The notes: generated from the sequence alone by a model not told the origin. Shown: positions 1 to 13,774, numbered from the stretch's first letter. The stretch is DNA of 64,000 nucleotides from Octopus vulgaris (GCA_951406725.2 OX597819.1:51212001-51276000); one strand, 5' to 3'. Translations and numbers: made by a program.

Positions 1-201
1 CCACCATATATATATATATAAAATAAGAAAATGGAGGAATAGATTTCTATCAATCATCAACTACTAGATAATACCAGTTCATATAATTTATTAACTAATT
101 ATTTAGGAACATCCAGTTCAAACAGAATAATACAGAATAAAACAGTACGCATCAATGAGTAAGATAATACCATAAGAACAATACATATAAATATAAAATG
201 G

Positions 202-294
202 ATCTTACAGCTGTTTCAGCCTGTAGATAAAAGTATCTCATTATGCTCATATTAGTCAAATGTATTAAGGTAATATGCGGTTATAAATGAGTTA

Positions 295-328
<34 letters not shown>

Positions 329-345
329 AAGGCCTCGTCAGAGAT
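202..345 (-). ncRNA. Type I hammerhead ribozyme motif (minimal stem III, extended stem II), intact core
   Basis: Minus strand reads ATCT-CTGACGA-GGCCT...(~107 nt)...AGGCT-GAAA-CAGCTG-TA-AGAT. It has the CUGANGA and GAAA cores, stem I ATCT/AGAT, stem II GGCCT/AGGCT, palindromic stem III ACAGCTGT and a GUA cleavage triplet, as in Penelope-like element and retrozyme hammerheads. Confidence 0.7.
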
Positions 346-594
346 TATAAAGTACAATTATAGAGGTATAAAATGAAGATATAAAGTGCAAATATGAATA
401 TTAGAGAAGGTACACATATACAAGAATAAGTATATATACATATATACAAATATATATAAGTGTATATACACCTGCATATACATATATATAAGTATATACA
501 TAATAATATACATACACATAAGGTTACAGATAATCATATGTATATGTTTATGTATGTATTATATATATACATATGGACATTCTGAATGTCTATA

Positions 595-653
<59 letters not shown>

Positions 654-786
654 TATACATACAAATATGCATGCACATTGAAGTGTAGGTAGGTATATGT
701 ATTTATGTATATTTATGTATATGTATGTATATGTATAAGTATTATATGTGTGTGTATTTATATTTATAACTTATGTACTTTCTAAA

Positions 787-910
787 ATCTGTGACGAAGA
801 CTAGAGAAACACACAAGTACCTCAATTTCATCTACTAATTACTTCAGTCTACTGCAGGGATAAATGTAGAATGAGGTATTTTTACCTCTTCGCTGAAACA
901 GATGTAAGAT
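787..910 (+). ncRNA. Degenerate hammerhead motif, same family
   Basis: ATCT-GTGACGA...TACCTCA..TCTAC/GTAGA..TGAGGTA...GCT-GAAA-CAGATG-TA-AGAT. C3 is mutated to G; stem I ATCT/AGAT is retained. Confidence 0.5.
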
Positions 911-1112
911 ATTATCCCGATTTCTATTCCTGTATGCTATATATTTTAATAATTACTGATATCTTTATATATTATATATGTAAAGCATAATATGTTATAC
1001 ATGTATGTATATTGTTACAATTGTCCTTTTAGTAAATAAATATATAAATTAACATAATATAAAGTCTAAAAGTTCATGAAAACCACCTATTGATCCCTCC
1101 ATTTTCTTTTTG

Positions 1113-1188
<76 letters not shown>

Positions 1189-1189
1189 A

Positions 1190-1236
<47 letters not shown>

Positions 1237-1552
1237 CTATATGTATATGTAAATATACATATGTATATACACACATGTATGTATATTTATATATTTATAC
1301 ATATATATACACACACCCATATATGTATATACATACATTACAATACGTATATAAATATGTTGAGTGACAGAGAACAATCAAAATCATCAGTGAAATACGC
1401 AACAGTGCTTACCCCACTCGCTGAAACCGATATAAATATGCATACATACTTGTGTATATGCGTGTGTATATCGATAGGTATAGTTATAAATGTATGTGTA
1501 TGCTCATACACATACGTACATACACACACACACACACATATATATACCTATG

Positions 1553-1583
<31 letters not shown>

Positions 1584-1987
1584 ATGTGTGTGCGCACGTG
1601 TGTGTTCGTGTGTGTGTATGTGTATTGCTATTAATTGTACTGGAGCCATTCTAAGTTTAGCTTCATTAAGTTCTATTCTTCGTTTCTCTCTTTCAACTAA
1701 TATCATCTTACAACAACCGTATCATCACTACAATATCTCGTCATATCTTTTCTATTCTGCCTCACCTGAATATTATCACGTAAGTTGAATGGCAAATGTA
1801 GTTAGTAGAGAAAGGAAGACTTTTATCAAGTGTAAAAACACCACTAATTCGATATCTTATTTCAATGATGTTAGGTAAAAATTAGGTAGATGTATTGGTA
1901 GATGTTAAAATAGATACTAATAGATAGACACATACTTACACAGATGCCTTAACAAACACATATAAGTATATGCATATAAATGTATGC

Positions 1988-2021
<34 letters not shown>

Positions 2022-2026
2022 GTATG

Positions 2027-2083
<57 letters not shown>

Positions 2084-2318
2084 TTACATATTACTTATAT
2101 TCTTTTATTTACATACACTTACCAGTACACAGATATAGTTCAATCACACACATAAATGATATATATTTTATTGTGATATTTACATATATGTTTATCAAGC
2201 AAGGATATAATATTTATGTACCTTATGTATGTATGTGTGCATATATATGTATAAATGATTAAAAATATATATATGAATCTATATATAATGTATATATACA
2301 CATATATATATGCATACA

Positions 2319-2365
<47 letters not shown>

Positions 2366-2592
2366 GAGTATATATATATATAAATATAGTTACAAATTGA
2401 GATAGGGGTTGTAAATGCAACCCTCCATGGGATAATATACATCCAATATACTGCTACTGATTTGTTCTGCTTTTTATATTTAACCCTACAGTCTCTTATG
2501 TGGTGGTTTAATAAATTATGTGATTGAGTATTATCTGGTAATTGATATTTGATTTAGATGTATTTCTCCATTTTCTTATCCTGTATATATAA

Positions 2593-2660
<68 letters not shown>

Positions 2661-2727
2661 GCACACACTCATACAAAGAGGAAGTCGTAGGGATTTTAAG
2701 AGACTTGAAGTTTTCAACCACTATGTA

Positions 2728-2877
2728 TCGTTCTAAAGATTCGTCTATTAGTTTCCGCATCATCGTACCAGAACCCTTCTCTGTATATATACATTTGTAT
2801 ATGCATAGTTTATGGGTGTTAATATTGATGTAACATCTATCATATAATTATCACGAATCTGAAACAGCCGTAAACGA
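2728..2877 (+). ncRNA. Degenerate hammerhead motif, same family
   Basis: TCGTT-CTAA-AGATTCGT...ACGAATCT-GAAA-CAGCCG-TA-AACGA. Stem I (5 bp) and stem II (8 bp) pair perfectly; the CUGANGA box is damaged. Confidence 0.45.
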
Positions 2878-2927
2878 ATGGAATAAATCTCTACTCTTTC
2901 ACTTCACTTCTCTAATCATTTTTATTA

Positions 2928-3156
2928 TATTTCTTTATTGCCCACCAGGGGCTAAACACAGAGGGCCCACACAAGGACAGACAAAGGGATTAAGTCGATT
3001 ACATCGACCCCAGTGCGTAACTGGTACTTAATTTATCGACACCGAAAGGATGAAAGGTAAAGTCGACCTCGGCGGAATTTGAACTGAGAACATGAAGACA
3101 GACGAAATACCGCTAAATATTTCGCCCGGTGCCATATTTCTGCCAACTCGCTGCCT
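2928..3156 (-). mobile_element. tRNA-derived SINE, family A (tail variant 1)
   Basis: Reverse complement of GGCGAGCTGGCAGAA...GTTCAAATTCC (B box)...GTCGACTTT.CCTTTCATCCTTTCGG.GTCGAT...GTGGGCAATAAAGAAATA; homologous to copies at 17931, 28718 and 36562. Confidence 0.85.
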
Positions 3157-3175
3157 CTCTTATGTTTCTATATAC

Positions 3176-3225
<50 letters not shown>

Positions 3226-4041
3226 AGATGTATACACGCACATGATAAGTCGAAAGGACGTTAACCTACCCACCAATTGCGTATATGCACGAACATTCAC
3301 GCATACACGCACACGATTACATCTCGTCCGGGCTTCTTCTTATCACTAAGCGTTACCAAAGTTGAAATAACTAGACTTATTAGATTCAACAGATTCAAAT
3401 TGCTTTCTATGTGGACGGTCACCCCCAGCCCTTCAGTAACACTATCCAAATTTTTTTGAAATAACAATCCAGCATCTTTACTAAAGGAGACACGTTGTAC
3501 AATGGTACGATGCACTCCCGTGTTCCATGAACACCAAGAAAGCCAGGGTAGTCACAGATGGAATACTCTAGATGAATTAATCATGCGTTTGCTCAGCCAA
3601 GAATATGAGAGTCTCATAGATCATTTAAAATATTAACTTTATATTAATATATTTTTTTTCACTGGTTTTTTTCATTATCTTATTTTTTTTATTCAACGGC
3701 TTCATGTTTTTGGAAACTGATTGAGAAAGGGAGATAATATCTTTCTTTTTTTTTCCAGCGTCTTAATTTTTTTTTTTTTTTTACCTTCGAGATGACAGAG
3801 TCTCTACGTCTAATCGTTAATCTAAGATAGAAAAGTAACTGCAATTGCTATTTCCATAAATAATAAATAATGTCACAAGTGGAATACTACCCGTGGGTAA
3901 AAGCGAAAAATTCAATGGTATGTGTGCTGATGGCTCTATTTATGTGTGAAATGCGTTAAGCGGCAATACTAACACGTTTTCCATAGACACGCATATATAA
4001 GTATACAAATGTGTGTGTGGTTTGGTCCTCTCCTTGTTGAT

Positions 4042-4042
4042 T

Positions 4043-4111
<69 letters not shown>

Positions 4112-4280
4112 CACTACTACTACTACCACCGTTGTTCATATTTTATTATAATTTTTATTGTTCATCTTCATTTGTTATCAGCTTTCTTTTCTTTATCATT
4201 ATTATTCATTTATTTCTTTATTATTATTTATTTTTTTATGTATTATTATTATTATTGTTATTATTATCATCATCATTATA
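4042..4280. repeat. (TAC)n microsatellite and ATT-rich tract
   Basis: Direct reading of the sequence. Confidence 0.95.
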
Positions 4281-4567
4281 ATTTGTCTTTTTTCTTCTCG
4301 GCAGCACCTTTACCATATTCTTTGCGATATATTTCCCACCTCAATGCTATCGGCGTTTATAAGATATTTCACACTTTCAGAAAAGAAAAAAAAAAAGACT
4401 AGAAAAAGCAAATGTTTTCTTCATTTTTTTCTTTTTATTAATTCTCTTTTTTATTGTTGATTTATTGTTGTTTTCGTCATCTTTTTTGTCGTTGTTGTTG
4501 TTGTCGTTTATTGCTGTAGTTGTTATTATTGTTGTTGGTAGTTTTGTAGCTGCTAGTGCCGCTGTTA

Positions 4568-4721
<154 letters not shown>

Positions 4722-4742
4722 GTATATATATGTATATATATG

Positions 4743-4773
<31 letters not shown>

Positions 4774-5108
4774 ATGCGTGTGTGTATGTATGTATGTGTA
4801 TGTATATGTATATATATATATGAATGTATGTATATATATATATATATATATGTATGTATATATATATACATATTTCTTATCGTCGTTGTCGTTGATGTCG
4901 TGGCGATCGCTGAGTAGTTAGTTGGTGTTGTTTTTATAATGGCAAACGATAGCATTACATCTTTTTACACGATTTCAACTATGAGGGAAATTTGTCAAGT
5001 GAACGAGAATGTTTTGTAGAGTTAAAACAGTTATAAGTTGGCGTTCCAATAGTTATCTACCTTGCCTTCTCTCTTTTCTTTCTGCCTCTGTATTCCTTTT
5101 CCCAATAA

Positions 5109-5109
<1 letters not shown>

Positions 5110-5139
<30 letters not shown>

Positions 5140-5390
5140 CTTCTTCTTCTTCTTCTTCTTCTTCTTCTTCTTCTTCTTCTTCTTCTTCTTCTTCTTCTTC
5201 TTCTTCAGCTTCTTCTTCTTCAGCTTCTTCTTCTTCAGCTTCTTCTTCTTCAGCTTCTTCTTCTTCTTCTTCTTCTTCTTCTTCTTCTTCTTCTTCTTCT
5301 TCTTCTTCTTCTTCTTCTTCTTCTTCTTCTTCTTCTTCTTCTTCAGCTTCTTCAGCTTCTTCTGCAGCTTCTTCTTCAGCTTCTTCTTCT
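5110..5390. repeat. (TTC)n microsatellite with CAG interruptions
   Basis: Direct reading; source of the poly-E/K/F/L ORFs. Confidence 0.95.
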
Positions 5391-5845
5391 CTCTGCGCCA
5401 CTTTCGCTGCAAATGTCCTTCCTTCTCACACACACTCTCTCTCTCTCTTCTTATTTTCACACATCCCCTCTAGTTGAGTTGTTAAAATGTAAACGATTGC
5501 TATTTTGAAGTTTGCTCCGAATAATAATGTTCTGCATTTGTCCCTTAAGGTTACCATCATCGAAATGTGTATAAATATGATATAGTGAGTATATCTCCTA
5601 ATTATTTGCTGTGTATTCAGGGATAGCGAAAAGTATGGCGTGAAATAAAATGGCGTATGTAGATAAAAAAGAAAACGATAAAACACAAAAATAAGTAAAA
5701 TGTTATAGAAATGCCATATCTACACGTAAAAGAGGCAGGTGAAGTTGTAATAGGATTATATATCAGTATATCAGATTGAGTATATACATATATATATGTA
5801 TATACATATATATATATATATGTATATACATATATGCATGTATGC

Positions 5846-5936
<91 letters not shown>

Positions 5937-6025
5937 GACGCTTATAAATGTACATATACATATATACATATATATATACATATATATACATATATACATA
6001 CATATATATATATATATACGTACAT

Positions 6026-6094
<69 letters not shown>

Positions 6095-6334
6095 TATATA
6101 CATGTGTGTGTGTATGTATATATATATATGTGTATGTATATATCGTCTATTTGAATGTTTTGCGTTCTTGTCCCATTTTGTATTTTTATATATATATTAT
6201 ATATATATATATATAAGCAAACATGTATGTGCGTATGCGTGTATGCATGTATATGTGTGCGTGTATGTGTACGTGCGTGCGCGTGTTTGTGCATGTGTGT
6301 GTGTGTGTTTGTGTGTGTATACACTCGTATATAT

Positions 6335-6454
6335 AAACTTTACAGTTTCAGCGCAGGTATAGCTCAGATTGTCAAACCTTCCATTCGTAAATAAAGTTTC
6401 GCCTTTGCATAACGATACAACTTTAGGCAAGATTTAAATAACTGCGCCTGACAG
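6335..6454 (-). ncRNA. Highly degenerate hammerhead-like motif
   Basis: Minus: CTGTCA-GGCGCAG...CTGCGCT-GAAA-CTG-TA-AAG. A 7 bp closing stem II sits before GAAA; core and stem III are damaged. Confidence 0.3.
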
Positions 6455-6560
6455 GAGACTAATTTCTGACACACACACATATATATATATATATACACAC
6501 ATACACACACATGGAAGTACACATACATGATACATAAGTACATAGCGTTGCTATTATGCA

Positions 6561-6994
6561 AAAGTGTCGTAAGTACTAAACGTTGCTTTTTCAGAAAACG
6601 AAAAAATAGTTCCACTATACCATAGCAAAACTGCTGTACTACACTATGACAATTTTTGATATCTTGGCATCAAAAGCAACTGGAGATACGTTAGTTTGAC
6701 CAAAAGAACCGGATATTACACGCAAAAGTAAAAATTGTAAAAAACGTATTTGGCCAAATTTGGCCGACATATATATGATAGATCGCAAGCCACTACACGT
6801 TATTTTCTCTCTTTGTTCCTTTCTGTGTTCCTTTCTGTAGAAGAGCGTTAAAGACCATTTCACTTCCCGAGCGTTATACTAATACATCTGTTTGTTGTCT
6901 GCAACACATGTCTTCGTCTTTTGTTTTTTTGTGAATTCTTCCCCACCCACTCCTATATATATATATGTGTGTGTGTGTGTGTATTATACATACA

Positions 6995-7073
<79 letters not shown>

Positions 7074-7294
7074 ATATCTATCGTTGCTTTTACGTTAACC
7101 TATTGTATGTCCAAATTTGTCCAAATGCGTTTCTTTTTTCAATATATATTTTTGCTTGCAACATCCGGTTCTTTTGGTCAAACTATCGTATCTCCAGCTG
7201 CTTCAGATGCGAAGATATGAAAAATTGCCATAGTGTAGTTGATGAAACTATTTTTTCGTTATCTGAAAAAGAAACGTTTTGCATTTACGACACT

Positions 7295-7296
<2 letters not shown>
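6561..7296. repeat. Diverged ~200 bp inverted repeat (MITE/foldback-like), arms ~6561-6770 and ~7106-7296
   Basis: AAAGTGTCGTAA...CTGGAGATACGTTAGTTTGACCAAAAGAACCGGAT matches the reverse complement of ATCCGGTTCTTTTGGTCAAACTATCGTATCTCCAG...TTACGACACTTT. Two opposite-strand ORFs share SGSFGQT.VSP.A.DAKI. Confidence 0.85.
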
Positions 7297-7342
<46 letters not shown>

Positions 7343-7365
7343 ATATCTATATATCTATCTATCTA

Positions 7366-7427
<62 letters not shown>

Positions 7428-7498
7428 TGTATATATGTATATATATATATGTATACATGTATATATGCATATATATATATATGTATATATATGATATA

Positions 7499-7568
<70 letters not shown>

Positions 7569-7575
7569 AGAAAGA

Positions 7576-8783
7576 GAGGGTGCATAAAATATTTCAGGAG
7601 AGATTTATGTGTATAAAAAAAAACAAGGAAGAAAAACAAATAACTTTATTTATCAAAAAATGCAATGACGATAAAAATGAATATTTTCCATAATGTTACT
7701 CAATAAAGCCACCTTCAGCTTCAACAACTGCTTCTATATGAGATTTAAATCATCTACATGCTCGAATCAATCGGTCCTGGTTCATTTTGGACATTACTCT
7801 GACTATGGCAGCTTTCAAAGAATCTTTGGTGTTATGAGCGTGTTCATAACACCATGCAATATTCCAATGGATTGAGATCTGGTGAATTAAGAGGCCTTAG
7901 CTTAGGGGTTATGTGATCATGAAGATTTTCAGTCATCCATTCCTGTGTTTGTAGAGCTATGTGTGATAATGCAGTCTTACTGAAACTCATATGGCCTTCT
8001 ATTGCATACACTGTCTATCCAGGGCTTAATTATTTCCAGGACCTCAATGTAGGAGGCAGAGTTAACTCTAAGGCCTTGTGAAGAGAAGTAAGGAGGCATC
8101 ACATGTCCTTCATTGCGCTGAAAACCCCTTAAACCATGACAGTTGCAGAAAATTTATATGCTTCAGAACTTGGAACTTCAGAAGAGTCTGCACATAAACA
8201 TCTGTCATTTCTTCTGTTAACATTTTGATTTTGGTTGAAGTTTTTCTCTTTTGAGAACAAACAAATGAAGTCTTCTTCTGCTGGATTTTTCAGTTTATTT
8301 AAGAACCTTTCAGATCTGATGTAGTGATTTTCTTTTGCTTTTTATGACAAATTGACATTTCCTCATCATAAAAAACTTATATCTGACGTCTTCGTGGACA
8401 ACATTGCTGAATGTTTCTTCTGACACATGAATACCTTTTGCAACTGACCTCATAGACTTTCTGAGATTCTAATCAATGGTCTGTTGAATTTGTAGGATAA
8501 ATTCACGTGTTCTGATGATTTCAAAGCGTTTAGAATGGTTTTATGCTGTGATACTGGTGATACGTTTCCATTTCCAGTAACTAATACCTAACAAACTTTG
8601 CCAAATTTTAAAAATCGAGATATTTCTACATTGCTATAACCACAATAACAACTTGCCTCTCCATTTCTTGAGTAAGCTGAGGGTCTGCGACTATTATTTT
8701 CTGAAACAAAGATTATACAGAGTTAGCAAAAATGCAGCAGTGACCTCCAAAAACATATGTCCTCAAATACCTTACGCACCCTG
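7576..8783 (-). mobile_element. Degenerate Tc1/mariner-superfamily transposon, DD37D (maT)-like, near full length
   Basis: Minus-strand fragments FSKEKNFNQNQNVNRRNDRCL (FSDEK motif), NSPDLNPLEY and C-terminal FKSHIEAVVEAEGGFIE*. Imperfect TIRs GAGGGTGCATAAAATATTTCAGGA and the reverse complement CAGGGTGCGTAAGGTATTTGAGGA. Confidence 0.8.
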
Positions 8784-8785
8784 TG

Positions 8786-8864
<79 letters not shown>

Positions 8865-9201
8865 ATGTGTATGTATGAGTACGTACATGCACATATATAT
8901 TTGTGTGCATGTACATATAGACGTTTGTGTGAGTGTGTACGTATGTAGGCGTTATGAATGCAGGAGGTTTTATGTCTACATATTGCACGAATATGGTTGC
9001 GTGTATTCTTTAACTTTCATCTTTTTTCTTTTTTCTACCAATTAGAGTAATTTCCGTTTTATTCAACGGTTTTTCATAGGGTCTATTGTCATAAATAGCC
9101 GACGAGAATCCATCGTCGCTCTTCGGTCCGACATTCGAATCTCCGAGTACTGTAATGACAACTTACTGATTGCCCTAAATTATACATACACACACACGCA
9201 C

Positions 9202-9267
<66 letters not shown>

Positions 9268-9325
9268 ACATATATATATCCATCCATATATATATATTTA
9301 TATACATACATATATGAGTGTGTTA

Positions 9326-9391
<66 letters not shown>

Positions 9392-11630
9392 CATACATAT
9401 ACATACATATACAAACATACATACATATATGCATTGTCCAAATTGGTTCATTTTTATCTGGCTATGCTATGAAAAAATGAAAGAAATACGTCGAAATTTT
9501 TGTAGCTGTTAATGTCTGATTTCGTTTTAGCTCAAGGTTAACCCACAGGAGTAGCCATGTTATTATAATTGTTCCAAACATGACCATCTCATATTTTTAA
9601 GATCATGTAGATCAACATTAGCCAATGTATCTCTCTCTACAGCAGGGAAATATCCATAACATGTGCTTGCTATGCGCATTTGAGTGAGACAAATCGATGT
9701 AATTTGCTTGAATCATAAACATGGCGAAATGACAGCAGTAGATATTACTATGATTTTTGTTTAATTTGTCTGATACATTAATTATTCAGAAATCCCGCCT
9801 CTTCATTCTATGTAAAATTTAGCTGATTTTTAGCATCATATGCTTTGTCGAATAGACACACCAGACCGTTTGGCAAGCGTCCAAATGAAACAATGTTGTT
9901 TGTCGAGCCCAAAATATATGCTGTTTGTTGAATGTCCAATAGTAAAACTCGGTCAATGAAAATAAAACATTGTTTGTGTAAGACACAACAAAACTATTAC
10001 ATTGTCGCTCAGACAACAACTAGAAATATGACACTCTTTGTTGAACGCCCAAAAGAATAATTTCTGTTTGTCGACCATGGCTTTGATTCGTTTGCCGAAT
10101 GTCCATTAGAGACATTTGGAACTTTTCAAGAACAAAGTACAACAAACAATAAAACAAGGGTGTAAGGTAAATTTAATCATAAGAAACAGATTGCAATTCA
10201 ACGTTTCGGACAATTGTCCTTCATCAAGAAAACAGAAAAATGTAAAGTAAGAAGTAAAGTTTCCAGAAATTGAGTTTATGATGAATGGCAAATGTTGAAA
10301 CGGAACAAATGAAGAGTTTACAGCCGTGTATTTTTTCTTTGCAAAGAAAATAGTATTTGTACTTCTGAGCTAAGAGGAATATTAAGCGAGAGCATCTATT
10401 CATATATTATTTATAGAGCCAAGGTAGATAAAAAAAATGAGAGTATTATCTATGTGTTTGTGTGCGTAGGTACTTGTAAATGTATTCATATGATAATGTG
10501 GTTGAACATGTTCTGTGAATATATGTTCTGTGTAGATGATATGACTAAAGCATATTAATATGAGTGCGAAACTGAAGTATGTTAAATATAGAAAGATGTA
10601 TAACAGAGTAAAGCCGTTAGTAGGAGAGGTGAGGAAGGTAAAGGAGAAATAGCAAACATTGTAAGTGAATAAATCAGGGGAAGTCAAGAGAAGGTAATAG
10701 AAGTCAAAAGCACTTATGAAGAAGACACGAGAAGGTGAAAAAGGGACAAAAATGGAAAATGAAAAAGTGAAAAGATTGAAAAAATATAAAAGTATGAAAG
10801 GGTGAGACTTTAATAAACTTCAACAAACCCCACCGAAGAAAACGTTTCTAGAACAATGCATAAGATATTAAAAAAATCTCAAACCAGCACATTATGAAGT
10901 ATGTATGTATGCAGAAGCCGGAAGCGTCTTTTTTGAAGTGCACAGGGGAAGGTTTTCATTAGGGTATTGATGAGTTTGGGGGACTGAGCACTGTTACGAA
11001 AGAAAAACAAGGCGATTTTTAATTCCATTTAGGTGAGCTATTTGCAAACAAACGATCTACTGGTGTTTACTTAGCAAGGAGGAGACAGGAGATGTATTGT
11101 GTAAAACAGCTCTTCAGAGATCTACGTAGGTATGGCCAGGAGATTTGAAGTGGCGAGTTACATGTCAGGCTCCTAGAAGGTGCTCTTTAAAATGATTCAC
11201 CAATCTCCGACTGGTTTCTGTAACATACAGTGAGCCACGGAACAGAAATTTAATATAGTAAATAATGTGCTTGGAGGTAGAGTTGAAACAGTCAGCAACA
11301 GGGAAGAGAGAGTTAGATTTATGTAGAGTTGTGATACTTAGGTGACACGTGTTACGATGAAAGTGAAAACTGGCAAAGTATCTAGTTGAGTGTGACGAGG
11401 ATTGAAAAATGCTATGAACCGGAAGGCCATCCAGAATGCAATCGCATCTAACGGAATGAAGAGTGCATTCGTAATAATAAAAGATTCGTTGAAATATGAG
11501 ACAAACTTTACAATATTGTATTCAATGAGAAGAGAAAATTTCACTAACAGCTCAGTAATATAGCTCTTTGTGATGTTTACATACTACAAAACATTAGCCA
11601 CAATAATTCCCGAGAAAGAGTAAAAGTAAT

Positions 11631-11660
11631 TACCCGATCAGCGACGGGTATTACTGATAG
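11631..11660 (+). mobile_element. Helitron-like 3' terminus
   Basis: Hairpin TACCCG-ATCAGCGA-CGGGTA followed 6 nt later by ATAG|T (degenerate CTAG|T); the 5' end was not located. Confidence 0.45.
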
Positions 11661-11752
11661 TATTTTTATAAATTTGTTAGTACAAACAGGGTAGAAGTCA
11701 AAACATGAGCATATATATGTATGCATGTATGTATGTATGCATACATGCATGC

Positions 11753-11825
<73 letters not shown>

Positions 11826-11826
11826 T

Positions 11827-11869
<43 letters not shown>

Positions 11870-11877
11870 CGGGTGAT

Positions 11878-11996
11878 GGTTCTGACGAAGGTAGCATTAA
11901 TTTCTTAGGTCGTTCAATTTGCCTCAATTGATCAATAGATCAACTGAGTAAACCTACCAGTAATTTACCTATGACTACTGGAAACAACTGGAAGCC
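11878..11996 (+). ncRNA. Degenerate hammerhead motif, same family
   Basis: GGTT-CTGACGA-AGGTAG...CTACTG-GAAA-CAACTG-GA-AGCC. Intact CUGACGA and GAAA, stem I GGTT/AGCC, cleavage triplet mutated (GGA); lies just after (TA)n(GA)n. Confidence 0.5.
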
Positions 11997-12101
11997 AAAT
12001 TTGCATATATATATATATATATGTATATATATGTGTGTGTGTGTGTGTGTGAGTGTGTGTGTATGTGTGTATGTGTGTGTGTGCGTGTGTGCGTGTGTGT
12101 G

Positions 12102-12134
<33 letters not shown>

Positions 12135-13064
12135 CAATGATGTGTAACGGTATATTATTGTAAAATACATATCATATACAATATATAAATACTATTTGTA
12201 TTATGCAGAGAATATAAGGTGTATAATACAGTATATAATATATTAAAGTATTATATTAGAAAAGAAAATAACATTAAACAGTAAAATAAGCAAAATACTG
12301 CATAATATCTTACTGAAAAAATACATCATACAACGGTAAAATAAACTTGTTACTACAATAAAATTAAAATTATATGTATGCACCAAAATATTTAAAAAAA
12401 TTAATAAGCAGAATAAAAAATACGAAGACAACAAAATTTGTTTTGAAGCTGCCGGAAAGGATATCGAATGATATAATTCATTTAATGCAATTTTCTCACA
12501 AACATGTCAAATGGATTAGTATCACAGCGTTTCATGGTTATGATTTTATGCTGAAAATATAAAAGAAAAAACAACAAAAACAAAAAAAAACACGAAAAAG
12601 AAAAAAAACACAAAAAAAACAAAACAGAAGCAAAAGCGATTTACGTATATGTTCTGATGTGAATTTCTCAACCAGTTCTTTTATCTATTATAATTGAATT
12701 GATAAGGTGAAAATAATTAATAATTACAACATCAGCTGCAGACCTATTAGTGGACTTCTAATCACAGGTGAATACTTCCAAAGCATCTATTGTTAACATA
12801 ATCTTTGACACAAGTTCACAAGTGAATTGAATACTGTTTTACAGAGGAAACAAATCGATGACGAACTGCTTAATTTCTAATTAAATTGTAATTATTTAAT
12901 TTCTATCAACTGAAATATTATAGATTTGTGTTTTCTGTATGGTATTTCTTTTTATTCATTACTTTGATCTTATATGTGCAAATATACATAGATACATAAT
13001 TATACAGATACATATACATATATATATATACATATATATACATATATATATATGTGTGTGTATA

Positions 13065-13100
<36 letters not shown>

Positions 13101-13142
13101 TGTATGTATGTATGTATGTGTATATATATGTATATCTATCTC

Positions 13143-13251
<109 letters not shown>

Positions 13252-13719
13252 TCATGTATACATATGAGCATATATATATATGTAAATATATATATATATA
13301 CAATCATAACTCTATGTATCACTCTCTCTCTCTATATGCATATACACATATATATATTTATATATATATGTGCCTGTATTGTATGTGTAAGAATTTATTG
13401 TGTATGTGTACGTGAGTGTGTGCGTGTGTGCGTGTGTGTGTGTGAGCGGGTGCGTGTGTGTATTGTATAGATATATTAATGTTAAGTTATGATAAAAACA
13501 ACTACACGTTTAACTGAAGGATTACTCAACACTTTTCGTAGAGTATAGAGTAATTATACTTTAACAAAATTAATACTGGCAGTGATTTCGAAGTTTCGGC
13601 TATATGTATACATATGCGTGCGCGTATACATGTATGTGTATATGCGCATATATATGTAGGTGTGTGTATATATGTATGTGTGTATATGTATATATATATA
13701 TGTGTGCATGTGTGTATAT

Positions 13720-13774
13720 AATAATGATGATGCTAATAATAATAATAATAATAATAATAATGATGATGATGATG

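Noticed and set aside
5057-5401. Poly-Glu/Ala ORF resembling an acidic protein
   Set aside because: Entirely a (TTC)n/CAG tract with several frames open; no splice or homology support.
9086-9161. Hammerhead-like arrangement TTGTCAT..CCGACGA-GAAT..ATTC-GAAT..GTA-ATGACAA
   Set aside because: Both core boxes are mutated and stem I is offset; cannot be distinguished from chance.
9840-10220. Possible CRISPR-like repeat-spacer array
   Set aside because: Repeats are only ~10-14 nt and very degenerate, spacers are ~15 nt, there are no cas genes, and the context is eukaryotic.
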